IMG/VR virus record: IMGVR_UViG_3300021387_001709
Location: 96,001 to 160,000 of that record
From: a virus
Lineage: Duplodnaviria > Caudoviricetes
Reading direction: 5' to 3' (one strand)
Length of the DNA: 64,000 nt
The first letter of the stretch is position 1. Each line of letters starts with the position of its first letter. The notes under the pieces were generated by a model, which was given only the letters and a program-made list of their open reading frames with translations, did no database searches and was not told the origin of the DNA. A program made the position numbers and the translations under genes. Of the stretch, positions 41,350 through 51,518 are shown in pieces.

Positions 41350-41476
41350 CGAGGCAATCCTGTTTTACCTAGACCGTGTCCGCAAGGCGAACCTTCCGGA
41401 TGCGGATGTGGGTAAAACCACGCAACAATAACCAAATTCCCCCGGAAGCTGACCGGGTGAACAACAGCTTAGAAAA

Positions 41477-41812
41477 ATGACGATCATCAACTTAACCCCT
41501 CACTCAATCAATTTTGTGGACGCCTCCGGCGCTCCGCTTGTAACTGTTGAACCTTCTGGGCAGCTTGCCCGAGTAACTGCTCACACCGTCACCACCGGCA
41601 GTGTGTCTGTCGGTGACGTAACCATTCCCACAACTGGAACAACCTACGGCGAAGTCGAGGGGCTTCCGGCTCCGGAAGAAGGCACAATATATATTGTGTC
41701 GTCCCTCGTGGCTTCCAGATGTCCAGATCGGACGGACGTTTTTATCCCGAATGAATCCGTCCGGGATGAGAAGGGACGCATCATTGGATGTAAGTCCCTC
41801 GGACGAGTATAA
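41477..41812 (+). CDS. conserved phage protein (NLTPH...IIGC family)
   Basis: INLTPH, GLPAPEEGTIYIVS, RDEKGRIIGC motifs. Confidence 0.75.
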   Translation: MTIINLTPHSINFVDASGAPLVTVEPSGQLARVTAHTVTTGSVSVGDVTIPTTGTTYGEVEGLPAPEEGTIYIVSSLVASRCPDRTDVFIPNESVRDEKGRIIGCKSLGRV

Positions 41813-41951
41813 AAGGAGGACACTATGACAATTATATATAACGAGCAGACAGGTATCATGTACTACTACGATGAGGACGGCAACCTCGTCGATGTAGTAG
41901 ACACTAACTAAAACACCGTCCACGGGTATCAGTGGGAGAAAGGAGCCAACC

Positions 41952-42158
41952 ATGGCTAAAAATGCAACCGTAACTATCAACCTCACACCCGAGAAGATAA
42001 CCAAAAATACGGTTAGATTCTCCGAACAGTTGGAGTCGGAATTCTCCGCTCCGGTCATTGGAACAATCTATGTCCCAAAGGTAACCCTGGGACAGTTAGG
42101 GTATAAGGAAGGAAACGTCCTTACCCTTACCCTTGGGATTGGAGGTGATGAGAAATGA
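41952..42158 (+). CDS. hypothetical protein
   Basis: RBS AAGGAG. Confidence 0.65.
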   Translation: MAKNATVTINLTPEKITKNTVRFSEQLESEFSAPVIGTIYVPKVTLGQLGYKEGNVLTLTLGIGGDEK

Positions 42159-42426
42159 TTATCACACTATCCAAAGGGAAATCTAGCATTCGTGTTTCCA
42201 TCAACACAGATGCTAGTTACCGCATCTGGCTCAATAACCGATGGAGTGTAACATACCCAGACTTCGCGGAAAAGTATATCCAGCTCCGCGATGCCGGATT
42301 TGTGGAAACACGTTCATAGTCAGACTATGGATACAAGGAAAATCATTATCTTGTATCCATAGATGTGGTTATGAACCGCAAATATATGGTTATGCCTTAT
42401 CTTCAAAGGCAAACGGAGGGAACATT

Positions 42427-42777
42427 ATGAAGAAATTTACAGATTACTGTCCGCTTAATGATGATATCGACTTTTGGATTGATGTTAAGATTATGCCTGA
42501 TTACAAGAACTGGGAATCCTTGGAATACACCAAGGAACTCAAGTCCAAGATGTTCGAGGAAGTTTCCACAACGGAAACTGCTCCTCATGGAACTCGTAGA
42601 CCCACAACTCGCGGAGATCGCCGGAAAGCTACCGCTAAGGCAAAGCAGCGCCGTGCGGAGATTGTAGTCATCCGCAAGGCAAAAGCACGCCGTACCTGGA
42701 GCGATGTTTGCCGTCACCCGTGGGAGTTCTACGGCAAGAATATTGACCGCTTGATGGGGGAGGTGGTAGTAAGATGA
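42427..42777 (+). CDS. hypothetical protein
   Basis: RBS GGAGGG. Confidence 0.6.
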   Translation: MKKFTDYCPLNDDIDFWIDVKIMPDYKNWESLEYTKELKSKMFEEVSTTETAPHGTRRPTTRGDRRKATAKAKQRRAEIVVIRKAKARRTWSDVCRHPWEFYGKNIDRLMGEVVVR

Positions 42778-43070
42778 AGAAGGCAATTCTCGTCGGACTT
42801 CTGGCACTCACCATCACCACACCCGTCAACGCTGCGGTCTATCCCCACATGGGGGAAGTAGTGGAAGTACTCCCCAAGGCAAATGGGGAATACGAAATTA
42901 CCTTTGAGGACGGAGCCGGTCGACCCTACTCATGGATTGACGATTCCGGGGATTGGTTGCCCGGAGATTTTGTTGCAACCATTATGGACGACAACGGAAC
43001 TCCGCGCAACTGTTATGATGACCTTGTGGTCGATGCAAGGTACGTCGGATACTTAGAAATGTTTGAGTAA
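42774..43070 (+). CDS. secreted/signal-peptide hypothetical protein
   Basis: MKKAILVGLLALTITTPVNA signal-like N-terminus. Confidence 0.7.
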   Translation: MKKAILVGLLALTITTPVNAAVYPHMGEVVEVLPKANGEYEITFEDGAGRPYSWIDDSGDWLPGDFVATIMDDNGTPRNCYDDLVVDARYVGYLEMFE

Positions 43071-43088
43071 GGGAAAGGAGCTGATTGT

Positions 43089-43307
43089 ATGAGTTTCACA
43101 AAAGAAGAGAAAATCTTCATGGAGATTATCAAAAGCAACCTTGCTAGTTTCAACGCTAACAAGCGCAAGGGAAAGTTAACCGTCGATTACGTAGTAGACG
43201 GCGGTAACCGGGCAGAAATCCGCAAGGACGGAGAGCTGCTGTTGGATGTAACGATTGACCAGGCATGGGCTGCTGTCGCAGCTATTATTAGATATAAGGA
43301 GGTTTAA
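43089..43307 (+). CDS. hypothetical protein
   Basis: RBS AAGGAG. Confidence 0.65.
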   Translation: MSFTKEEKIFMEIIKSNLASFNANKRKGKLTVDYVVDGGNRAEIRKDGELLLDVTIDQAWAAVAAIIRYKEV

Positions 43308-43308
43308 C

Positions 43309-44001
43309 ATGAAAACATTATACTTCGAAGGCGCCGGATGTGAGAACACCAACGTAAACGATGTAGAAAATTGCCGTATCCGTACGGCATTCCGCACCGA
43401 TGACGGAAGGGAATTCTATCTGGAGTTATTTTCCGGCTGCGAGAATTACCACTGGTATGACGCACCGCCGGGAGCTGTGAAGAAAGGAAACCACCATGAT
43501 TATTACTATACTTGCTCGGACATGATTATTGTAGATTTCTGCTTTGAGATTCACAATGGAAACGGAGATTGCAATACATACATTCACCCTATTGAACGTA
43601 AGAGAACCGGTTTGTCCTATACCAAGGCAAACATTCTCAAGCTAGTAAACGAGAACCTTGGGTGTAGCTTTACAGATATGATTGTGTTGCCTTGGTTAGC
43701 CGGTTACCGTGTACATTCCGGCAATCCCAAACGGAAATATAACTTGATGGACGACTATACTGACGTCCCGGAACGTACCGCAGAGCGAAACCGCATCTAT
43801 CATGAGGTCGCTCGTGATTACTTTAACCGGATTTATCAGTCCCACATCAAGGCAAATCCAAGGGTTGCTCGTTTACTTAGTAAATACGAGACCTGGAGTC
43901 TTGTAAAGTACACCGATAAAACGATCACAATCCGTTCTCATACGTACAAGGAACTGATTGATGATGCGGAGCGTGTTCATACATTCCGCGTTAATTATTA
44001 A
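43309..44001 (+). CDS. hypothetical protein
   Basis: RBS AGGAGG; LYFEGAG...NCRIRTAF. Confidence 0.75.
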   Translation: MKTLYFEGAGCENTNVNDVENCRIRTAFRTDDGREFYLELFSGCENYHWYDAPPGAVKKGNHHDYYYTCSDMIIVDFCFEIHNGNGDCNTYIHPIERKRTGLSYTKANILKLVNENLGCSFTDMIVLPWLAGYRVHSGNPKRKYNLMDDYTDVPERTAERNRIYHEVARDYFNRIYQSHIKANPRVARLLSKYETWSLVKYTDKTITIRSHTYKELIDDAERVHTFRVNY

Positions 44002-44017
44002 GAAGGGAGATGAGCAT

Positions 44018-44218
44018 ATGCCTCCACAGATAGTAACAAAAAGGGACGCATACAACGCAGGTGGATACCGCGAACGCTATGCAATGGATAACGGAGACCG
44101 GGAAATCCGCGTGGTAAATGGTCACCGCTTGTGGATATATACCTACTCAAATGGAAATCCGTACCAGGATGCAAATGGTGCGACGTTCGATTGCAAGGAA
44201 AGGAAGTGGATTGGATAA
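44018..44218 (+). CDS. hypothetical protein
   Basis: RBS GGGAG. Confidence 0.6.
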   Translation: MPPQIVTKRDAYNAGGYRERYAMDNGDREIRVVNGHRLWIYTYSNGNPYQDANGATFDCKERKWIG

Positions 44219-44326
44219 TGGCACTATTCGGCTTGGGATTAATCATTGGATGGCTCGTCGGAGCGGTCATGATTGGTTTAGAATTGCAAAGAAGCGAAAT
44301 CAGTTTACGGAAGGGAGGTCGCTATC

Positions 44327-44536
44327 ATGGCTAACAAATTATTAAACTACTGCCTTCAGAAGCCGTACTTCCGGCTGATGCAGACATATAACGATATTTA
44401 TTGGGCGGTAAAGAAAACCGCCATCAGCTTCCTCTACGACACATTCTGCGATGAGGAAGTTCTTAATCCGGAAGTTCTCCGGGAAGTAACCGAAAGCATC
44501 CTTGCTATCAATGGAAAAGAGGTGGTAACCACATGA
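44327..44536 (+). CDS. hypothetical protein
   Basis: RBS GGAGG. Confidence 0.6.
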   Translation: MANKLLNYCLQKPYFRLMQTYNDIYWAVKKTAISFLYDTFCDEEVLNPEVLREVTESILAINGKEVVTT

Positions 44537-44802
44537 CAAAAAGAGAGGCAGTTCGCAAATTCCAGGAAGACTTCGCATATCTTTATATGAGTGAAGTTGA
44601 TTATTGGAAGGCAGAAGAATGGTGGTCATATTTTGTGGATGACCTCAACCGAAACGGTATCATTACCAATCGTCAAAGGGAAAATTGGGCAGCCCCATTT
44701 CCATATGGTAAACATTTGAAACTTACTCGATGGATGGTTAAGCAAGGTTACCCGACACTTGCTAGATTAAAAGAACTGGAATATTGCGAAGAATATAACT
44801 AA
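44533..44802 (+). CDS. hypothetical protein
   Basis: ATGA overlap. Confidence 0.65.
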   Translation: MTKREAVRKFQEDFAYLYMSEVDYWKAEEWWSYFVDDLNRNGIITNRQRENWAAPFPYGKHLKLTRWMVKQGYPTLARLKELEYCEEYN

Positions 44803-44834
44803 TTATTAAAGCGAAAGGATAAGGTAAAATAATC

Positions 44835-45707
44835 ATGATGGATTTAAGAAAAGTAGCATATGACTCTATTATTAACAACGCACATAAAACGAAAACAGGC
44901 AGAATGAACGCCGTCATTCCGGTATCTATGTTGGATGTAGATCCGCTATACCAGCGCGTTGAAGGTAGAAACGAAGCGAAACTCCGCAAGCTAAAAGATG
45001 AATGGGATTATAACCTTATGGATGCAATTCTGGTTGTGCCTCATCCGGAAACCCATAACTTCTTTGTTGTCGATGGTCTTGGTAGATTAACCGTTGCAAA
45101 GGAAAAGGGAATCGAGGAACTTGATTGTGTTATCCTTTTTGGTCCGGCTGATTATCTTGCTCGGCGTAAATTCGAAGCTCAGTACTTTTTGCGTCAGGCC
45201 ATCTGCACCGATCCGCTCCGTCCGGCAGCCATGCACAATGCGAGAGTACTCAACGGAGATCCGATTGCATTAGCTATCGAAGCTATCTGCGAGGAGTATG
45301 GAGTCGCCATCATGAACACCAAAGGAAATCGAACCACTAAGAAGCTCGGTTCTTACGATAGGACATTCAACGTTATAAAGCGAAACGGCGAGGATGCTCT
45401 CCGCTTTGCTTTTGATGTTATCAAATATGCTGGGTTTGACGAGGAGAAGAATGGATACTCCGGTCGTCTGGTAACAATCCTCGGAAAGTTCCATGATGGA
45501 TATAAGAACGTCAAAGCGAAAGACCTCGGCGAGTTCCTTCGTCCGATGAGTCCGATAGTCTTCCAAGCGAACGCGGTTGCGAAATATCCGCAGAGAGCGC
45601 ATACTCCGGAGATTCCCATGATTCTTTATCTTCAGGATTGGGCAATCGAACACGGAGAAAAGGAAGTGGTGTTTGGCTCTAACGGAAAGAAGATGAAGGT
45701 TGCCTAA
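44835..45707 (+). CDS. ParB-like N-terminal domain protein
   Basis: VDPLYQR, FVVDGLGR motifs. Confidence 0.7.
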   Translation: MMDLRKVAYDSIINNAHKTKTGRMNAVIPVSMLDVDPLYQRVEGRNEAKLRKLKDEWDYNLMDAILVVPHPETHNFFVVDGLGRLTVAKEKGIEELDCVILFGPADYLARRKFEAQYFLRQAICTDPLRPAAMHNARVLNGDPIALAIEAICEEYGVAIMNTKGNRTTKKLGSYDRTFNVIKRNGEDALRFAFDVIKYAGFDEEKNGYSGRLVTILGKFHDGYKNVKAKDLGEFLRPMSPIVFQANAVAKYPQRAHTPEIPMILYLQDWAIEHGEKEVVFGSNGKKMKVA

Positions 45708-45796
45708 CCCTTGTGCTTAGATAAAGCCGGTGAGAATTATCCTCGCCGGCTTCAATGTAACCATAAGGGAGAATGATTAATCAAGGAGATGATACA

Positions 45797-46057
45797 ATGA
45801 AGCTAAAAAACTTGTTACCCGAGATTGAGCGTAGATATGCGCTCTATGTCAAGGATAAAGAATTCCGCTATTTCCTTGCGGAAGGCAAATCCAATCATTG
45901 GTACAGAAAGGACTTTGCCACCTGGGCGGCGAACGTTCTTAAGAACGCATTGTTCAAGCCCGACGAAATTTGTGAGTGGTACAAACAATACGACTGTAAT
46001 GACACTCACATCACCACTGTGTTCAAACATTTTATTAAAGAAAGGGGAATCATCTAA
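45797..46057 (+). CDS. hypothetical protein
   Basis: RBS AAGGAG. Confidence 0.6.
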   Translation: MKLKNLLPEIERRYALYVKDKEFRYFLAEGKSNHWYRKDFATWAANVLKNALFKPDEICEWYKQYDCNDTHITTVFKHFIKERGII

Positions 46058-46217
46058 TGAAAGAAAAATCAATCAAGGTTAGTAAATGCAACGATCCTCG
46101 TAAGTGCTTCGCCAAGGTATTCGGCGGATGTATGGTACTGGACACCACATATCCCGAGGGAAAGCAGTGTCCATTCTGCAAACCCACAAGAAATATCACC
46201 AAAGGGAAAAAATATGA

Positions 46218-46256
46218 TTGACAAACGTCAATCTCTGGATATAATTAATTATTAAA
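46218..46256 (+). promoter_or_regulatory. sigmaA promoter overlapped by operator-like 14-mer
   Basis: TTGACA-16-TATAAT; AATTAATTATTAAA at 46243. Confidence 0.7.
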
Positions 46257-46267
46257 GGAGAAGCACT

Positions 46268-46501
46268 ATGAAGGAAATCATTATTGAGATTCCGGAGATC
46301 GATTACGTATTAATCCACTGGCCGGAGAACACATGCACACCATGGGTCGCCGCCTGGGCATACCGTCCCAACCGCAATAGCTGGGGACAAGGTCACTACT
46401 TTATGAACAAGGCAGATGCACTCGAGTATCTTGTAGATATTTACAAAGAGCGTTATCCGGTATATATGGAACGCCGGATAAGAGAAATCCTGGCAGCGTA
46501 A
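46268..46501 (+). CDS. hypothetical protein
   Basis: RBS; SWGQGHYF motif. Confidence 0.7.
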   Translation: MKEIIIEIPEIDYVLIHWPENTCTPWVAAWAYRPNRNSWGQGHYFMNKADALEYLVDIYKERYPVYMERRIREILAA

Positions 46502-46512
46502 GGAGGAATGTT

Positions 46513-47001
46513 ATGAAATTGCGTAAACGCTATACAATCGAGTACATTGACAATAAACATGATATGGAACTCGCCGAAACAACACAGAACCCTTGGGAAT
46601 ACTTCAAGACAAAAGTATTTGAAGAGCCAAAAGCAAAAGAGGTATATACGGGCGAAAAGTCGCTTGATGCAGAAGCCTGGAAAACCTATCTCCTTTGGGC
46701 GATTTGCCCGGATCAGATATATTTGAGTAACGCAAACAATGTGACTCATCCATTGTTTTGCCAAATGTGGATGGAACTGCTAGATGAGGACGACAAGGTT
46801 GTATATGAGGATTACTGTGAACTCCCAGGGACAATCCGGAATACGCTTTTTACCGCTGTTAACAATCAAGCAAATAAGGAGCGTGACTCAGCAAGAGAAA
46901 CAGTTAATGCTCTTGAAAAGGAACTCGCACTGTACAAATCATTTATTAAAAAGTGCAACGGCGAGAAGTTGTTTGATGAATTTAGAAGGGAGGCTGAATA
47001 A
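46513..47001 (+). CDS. hypothetical protein
   Basis: RBS AGGAGG. Confidence 0.7.
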   Translation: MKLRKRYTIEYIDNKHDMELAETTQNPWEYFKTKVFEEPKAKEVYTGEKSLDAEAWKTYLLWAICPDQIYLSNANNVTHPLFCQMWMELLDEDDKVVYEDYCELPGTIRNTLFTAVNNQANKERDSARETVNALEKELALYKSFIKKCNGEKLFDEFRREAE

Positions 47002-47378
47002 TGAAAGTCTATTATGAAGAGACATATGGCGGCTATTATGATGTAGACGCCGACAATCCCGAAGCCGCCGAAAAAGAATTGCTTTACTTAATCGGCGAAG
47101 GTAAAGAGAATGGTCCGGATCAGTGTGAGAATAGCATAGTCGTTCCGCTCATTGGCAACGGAAAGCCGGACTTCCAGATAATGGGTGGTCGAATTGATGC
47201 CATGGGAGAGGACGAAAAGAAGTTCTACTTGTGGCATCTACTCCGCTACTACTATAAACCGCGACTTATTGCGGGCAAAAAGAAGTATGTGGATAATCAC
47301 GATACGGTTGATATGATTGATTCGGTACTCAATGCGGTAGACGCGATCGATGCTGTTCTATGTTATGAGATTTATTAA
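47001..47378 (+). CDS. hypothetical protein
   Basis: Coupled ORF. Confidence 0.65.
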   Translation: MKVYYEETYGGYYDVDADNPEAAEKELLYLIGEGKENGPDQCENSIVVPLIGNGKPDFQIMGGRIDAMGEDEKKFYLWHLLRYYYKPRLIAGKKKYVDNHDTVDMIDSVLNAVDAIDAVLCYEIY

Positions 47379-47389
47379 AGGAGGTAGTC

Positions 47390-47614
47390 ATGAAAAATAG
47401 AAAACTCTATGATGCGATTACCGACTTCGCCACGGAGTACGGTTCGCTCAAATGGAACGATGATGAGAACGTCGCAGCGTTCCGAAATCTGGTTGACCTC
47501 AGTATTAAAGCCGGGAAAATTCCGGAGTGCAACAGAAATGAACCGTCCACTTGGAATAGACTTCAGGCGGCGGTTACTTACTATGATAACAGATTGAGAT
47601 TTTGCAGTGATTAA
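47390..47614 (+). CDS. hypothetical protein
   Basis: RBS AGGAGG. Confidence 0.65.
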   Translation: MKNRKLYDAITDFATEYGSLKWNDDENVAAFRNLVDLSIKAGKIPECNRNEPSTWNRLQAAVTYYDNRLRFCSD

Positions 47615-47627
47615 GGAGGTAGTCACA

Positions 47628-47831
47628 ATGACAAGAGAAGACATCAGATCTAACGTTGAGGGGATGGTCGAAAAGGCTATCGAAAATATATTTCTCAACA
47701 TGCAGTATAACTTGAATGTTGCCGACGGGTTTATTGACCCGTGGGATTCATATAAGTTAGATGTAAAGGAATCGGAAATCACAGAGCTGATTACCGATAT
47801 ATTACTCAATCAGCCCAGAGAGGAGGAATGA
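47628..47831 (+). CDS. hypothetical protein
   Basis: RBS AGGAGG. Confidence 0.65.
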   Translation: MTREDIRSNVEGMVEKAIENIFLNMQYNLNVADGFIDPWDSYKLDVKESEITELITDILLNQPREEE

Positions 47832-48031
47832 TTATGAATAATCCTTACTGGCGAGTAGTTCTTGACTACGGAAACCGCCGGGAATATGTCCCGGTTCACT
47901 CCTCGGAGTTCGCCGCAAACCTTATTGCTAACAACTACCGATTACTTGCCAAGGCAAATCATTTTAATGTAATCGCAATCACGGTCGAGCGTGTTATGGT
48001 TGTTAATAACATCATCAGGAAGGTAGGGTGA
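47828..48031 (+). CDS. hypothetical protein
   Basis: Coupled ORF. Confidence 0.6.
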   Translation: MIMNNPYWRVVLDYGNRREYVPVHSSEFAANLIANNYRLLAKANHFNVIAITVERVMVVNNIIRKVG

Positions 48032-48035
48032 TAGC

Positions 48036-48317
48036 ATGTTGAGGTATTTAGTAACCTACAAAATGGAGGGAGAACTTAGAGATCCGCAGATTTATACTAG
48101 CAATCGGATATTTGATACCATGGATATGGATGATTGCTATGATATAGAAATTGACCGTATCTACTTAATCTCCGCGGCTAATGCACCAATTGAGTGTGAA
48201 TTCAAGGGAACTTGGTGTTGCAAAGATGAGGACGGCAGATGGGACTCACTCCGTATGGAGATTGTGGATAAAACAACCGGTGAAATATATTCAGTCGGTC
48301 GCGGAACCGATCATTAA
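48036..48317 (+). CDS. hypothetical protein
   Basis: ORF with RBS. Confidence 0.65.
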   Translation: MLRYLVTYKMEGELRDPQIYTSNRIFDTMDMDDCYDIEIDRIYLISAANAPIECEFKGTWCCKDEDGRWDSLRMEIVDKTTGEIYSVGRGTDH

Positions 48318-48330
48318 GGAGGTAGATACT

Positions 48331-48747
48331 ATGACAATCGGCTACAAAGGGAGAATTACTATGGAAGTAACGCTCGTACATCGTTGTGCAACTCATAAAA
48401 CATTCTACGTCAAGGCAGACACACTTAGTTCTGCATTGGTAGACATTGCAAACAAGCTGGATGAGGAAGATGACACAGGTTATTTCTTCGAAGCAGCAAC
48501 AGCGGACATGGATTACATCCGCACTCATAAGAACTTCCATATTATTCCATACTATGGAAGAGATATGGTGTGTGAAGTGGCTGACTATGGGGAAACAAAC
48601 ACTATGGAACGGCTCAATCAGTTTCTTAAAGACCATGACCCATACGAGTACATGGATAATGATATGAGCTTGGATAAGGTAAAAGAAATGGATTGCGACA
48701 CAATTATAAACTACTTACTTGATGTAATCGAAGAAATGGAGGATTAA
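48331..48747 (+). CDS. hypothetical protein
   Basis: RBS AGGAGG. Confidence 0.65.
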   Translation: MTIGYKGRITMEVTLVHRCATHKTFYVKADTLSSALVDIANKLDEEDDTGYFFEAATADMDYIRTHKNFHIIPYYGRDMVCEVADYGETNTMERLNQFLKDHDPYEYMDNDMSLDKVKEMDCDTIINYLLDVIEEMED

Positions 48748-48749
48748 TT

Positions 48750-49358
48750 ATGATTAACAAAGTTATTAACGTAAACGAGAACCACCCGATGCACGACAAG
48801 CTCATGAATATGATGAACAACACGACCGATGAGAATCTCATCATTGTAGCGCGCAGCTACAAGAACCGCAAAAATGATGCTATTGAGCCGATCGAAGTAA
48901 AGAACGGAATTTACTTCTATGTTGCATATAATCTCGATGGTGCGCTTGCATATCCGGCGGAAATCACTCCTCACCAGATTGCAATAGCGAAATCCAACAC
49001 CGCATATAAAGCAAGACTTGGCACAATGCCGACCACACGGCTGACAGACGGTTTTGGTAGGTTTATGAAACATGTAGACGAGTTCACTGCCTGGGATGAG
49101 CCGATGATATTGCTTACCACCGACGAACTCGCGAATGGCGCAGGGATACTCCTGAATAAGTATGTGTTGTCTGCTATCAAAGAGAAACTCGGAGACTACT
49201 ACATTCTTCCGAGTAGCATCCATGAGTTACTCATTGTTCCGGCTCACATAATGAGCATCCTTGATGCAACCGAAATGGTTGTGAACGCAAATGAAACGGT
49301 AGTAACCGATGATGTATACCTCGCCGGCAGAGCATTCCATGTTGACGAGTGGTTATAA
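48750..49358 (+). CDS. DUF5688-like protein
   Basis: NGAGIL...GDYYILPSSIHELLIVP...MV..N motif. Confidence 0.7.
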   Translation: MINKVINVNENHPMHDKLMNMMNNTTDENLIIVARSYKNRKNDAIEPIEVKNGIYFYVAYNLDGALAYPAEITPHQIAIAKSNTAYKARLGTMPTTRLTDGFGRFMKHVDEFTAWDEPMILLTTDELANGAGILLNKYVLSAIKEKLGDYYILPSSIHELLIVPAHIMSILDATEMVVNANETVVTDDVYLAGRAFHVDEWL

Positions 49359-49371
49359 GGAGATAGAGATT

Positions 49372-49638
49372 ATGTGGGAACATTACCGCTATATGGGTAA
49401 CGATTATAAAATCGTCTGGAAACAAAACGGAGAGGAGTTCGATCTCGACGCTCCGGAAAACGAGCGAATCTGGGAATCAATCGCATCCTACATGGATGAC
49501 GATATAAGGGAAAGCGTACACGCTGAGCTTGCTCCGTGTACAAATACGGAGTTCCTTAACTCGTATCTGGAAAAAGACCCCGATTTTGAGGAGAATATTC
49601 TCCATGGAGAATTCGGGATTACATGTGACTACGAATAA
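49372..49638 (+). CDS. hypothetical protein
   Basis: MDDDIRESVHAELAPCT..EFL..Y. Confidence 0.65.
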   Translation: MWEHYRYMGNDYKIVWKQNGEEFDLDAPENERIWESIASYMDDDIRESVHAELAPCTNTEFLNSYLEKDPDFEENILHGEFGITCDYE

Positions 49639-49657
49639 AAGTCGGATTTGAAGGGAG

Positions 49658-49849
49658 ATGACCACAATGGAATTTATTTATTCCACCGACATTGAACTCG
49701 CGGATATTCAGCAGACGGTTAGTTTATTAACAGAGAAACTTAATCACTACAAGGCAAATTATCCATACGCAATTTATGAAATTGATCGTATGGAAGTTGC
49801 ACTTGATGTGTTGAATGACCTTGAAAACGATGTAGCGGAGGCTGAATAA
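49658..49849 (+). CDS. hypothetical protein
   Basis: RBS GGGAG. Confidence 0.6.
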   Translation: MTTMEFIYSTDIELADIQQTVSLLTEKLNHYKANYPYAIYEIDRMEVALDVLNDLENDVAEAE

Positions 49850-50088
49850 TGAAAAGCTGGTTTGTGTATGTTATTAACAACGAGAAAATTGGCACCTGGG
49901 CAAACAATTCTGATGAAGCAGAGCGGAATCTGCGAAAGGAATATGGTGATGTTCCAATGGAGTATGTCGGTGTTAATTACGCCGGTATTGGTCCGCGACC
50001 GGACAAGGTTATTCGGTGTGGTATGAGTCCTATAGATACCATGCTCGCTTATGGGCTTGGTAATATGTTGGCTAGTCTTAGATATTGA
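49849..50088 (+). CDS. hypothetical protein, paralog of 54351-54596
   Basis: MKSWFVY.IN..KIGTWANN shared. Confidence 0.7.
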   Translation: MKSWFVYVINNEKIGTWANNSDEAERNLRKEYGDVPMEYVGVNYAGIGPRPDKVIRCGMSPIDTMLAYGLGNMLASLRY

Positions 50089-50100
50089 AGGGAGGTTGCA

Positions 50101-50328
50101 ATGGAAAAATACTACATGATTCATAGTTCACTATTCGAGCATATTGGTAACAATACATTCAAATGTATTGCATCCACCAGAAAGAACATGCTCGGCACAA
50201 TGATAATAAAACCCGATTTGCATCAGCCCTGGGTTCATTCGGTCACATCCAAAGATGAAGCAATCCACTGGATGAAAGAGGATGCGTATTGGGATAACGT
50301 TGAAGTATATACACTTGAAGGGAGATGA
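50101..50328 (+). CDS. hypothetical protein
   Basis: RBS GGAGG. Confidence 0.6.
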   Translation: MEKYYMIHSSLFEHIGNNTFKCIASTRKNMLGTMIIKPDLHQPWVHSVTSKDEAIHWMKEDAYWDNVEVYTLEGR

Positions 50329-50332
50329 TACA

Positions 50333-50614
50333 ATGATAAATATCAAAGCTAATAAATGGTCGTTAATTAACTACTTCGACGTCTGGGGAAACGCAGACGA
50401 CGGTTACTTTGTAAACAACCAGTGCGTTGAGGTAGACGACCTCAATATCACTGAGGACGCAAACGAAAAGGATATTCTCCAATATCTTGAGTCGATTGGA
50501 TTCCTCGGTACTTCCGACCGCCGGAGAGTTCGGCTTGAGGATTCTGGTAACATGATTGAGATCTACGCGGTCAAGGGGCATTATCCCCTTGGTTGCTTGA
50601 TGATGAACTATTAA
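50333..50614 (+). CDS. hypothetical protein
   Basis: DVWGNADDGYFVN motif. Confidence 0.65.
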   Translation: MINIKANKWSLINYFDVWGNADDGYFVNNQCVEVDDLNITEDANEKDILQYLESIGFLGTSDRRRVRLEDSGNMIEIYAVKGHYPLGCLMMNY

Positions 50615-50629
50615 AAAGGAGATAACGCT

Positions 50630-50818
50630 ATGAGGAGAGCAACAAATATCATGTGGGATTATGATGAGGATGAGTTTGGTGGAACGGCATTATTTTTAGG
50701 CTTGCCCGATCACGTTGACATTCCAAGCGAAATTGACGACGAAGATATTGCTGACTATTTATCGGATACTTATGACTTTTGCGTATTTGTATTTGATATT
50801 GAGGAGGTGGCATCATGA
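50630..50818 (+). CDS. hypothetical protein
   Basis: RBS AAGGAG. Confidence 0.6.
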   Translation: MRRATNIMWDYDEDEFGGTALFLGLPDHVDIPSEIDDEDIADYLSDTYDFCVFVFDIEEVAS

Positions 50819-51198
50819 GAATTATGAACTGCTCTATTCCGAATTGTGTACCGGAATATAATCGTTCTCGCTTCGAAGATGAAGCCCACGAAGCGGAAAA
50901 GGAATGGGAACGGCTGACATGGTACGAGAAAAACAAAGCGTACCGCCGGCAGAAGTACATCGACGGTTGCAATGAACTTCAGTTCTATCCAACGGAATGT
51001 GAGAAATGTCCATACGGAGAGGAAGCGATGCCGGACTCCGAGATGGACGATATTCCCACCATGATTTGTAGCAACTGGAAAAACTGCCAGGTGTACCGAA
51101 ATGATGCAGACGAACATTTTCCGACAGTACCATGGGAAGAATATTGTAGCTGGAGAGAAGAGTATGTAGAAAAGCTTAAGAAGGGAGAAGCGGAATAG
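50815..51198 (+). CDS. hypothetical protein ending TAG TGA
   Basis: Coupled ORF. Confidence 0.6.
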   Translation: MRIMNCSIPNCVPEYNRSRFEDEAHEAEKEWERLTWYEKNKAYRRQKYIDGCNELQFYPTECEKCPYGEEAMPDSEMDDIPTMICSNWKNCQVYRNDADEHFPTVPWEEYCSWREEYVEKLKKGEAE

Positions 51199-51500
51199 TG
51201 AAAGAAAGAGAATATGTCATATACATGGCACCAATGAGTGTGAGTTACACATTCAGAGATTTTGATTTCGCCATGGCTCATGATTGGAAGATGGCTGATT
51301 ACGTTCCGGTTTGGCGCGGAACAATATCAAGCGAAACGGTAAACGGAGCGCTTGAAAGACTGTTTGTTATATTCAATACAGACGAACGTCCGTCACAGTA
51401 TTGTGGAAGATCACTTAGCATGTCAGATGTGGTAGTGCTTGATGGAATTCCGTACTACTGTGACAACATTGGATGGAGCGAATGTCCGAGAGATTATTAA
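51198..51500 (+). CDS. YodL-like domain protein
   Basis: LERLFVIFN..RP..Y.GRSLSMSDVVVLDG..YYCD.IGW. Confidence 0.75.
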   Translation: MKEREYVIYMAPMSVSYTFRDFDFAMAHDWKMADYVPVWRGTISSETVNGALERLFVIFNTDERPSQYCGRSLSMSDVVVLDGIPYYCDNIGWSECPRDY

Positions 51501-51518
51501 ACGAAAGGAGACTACCAC

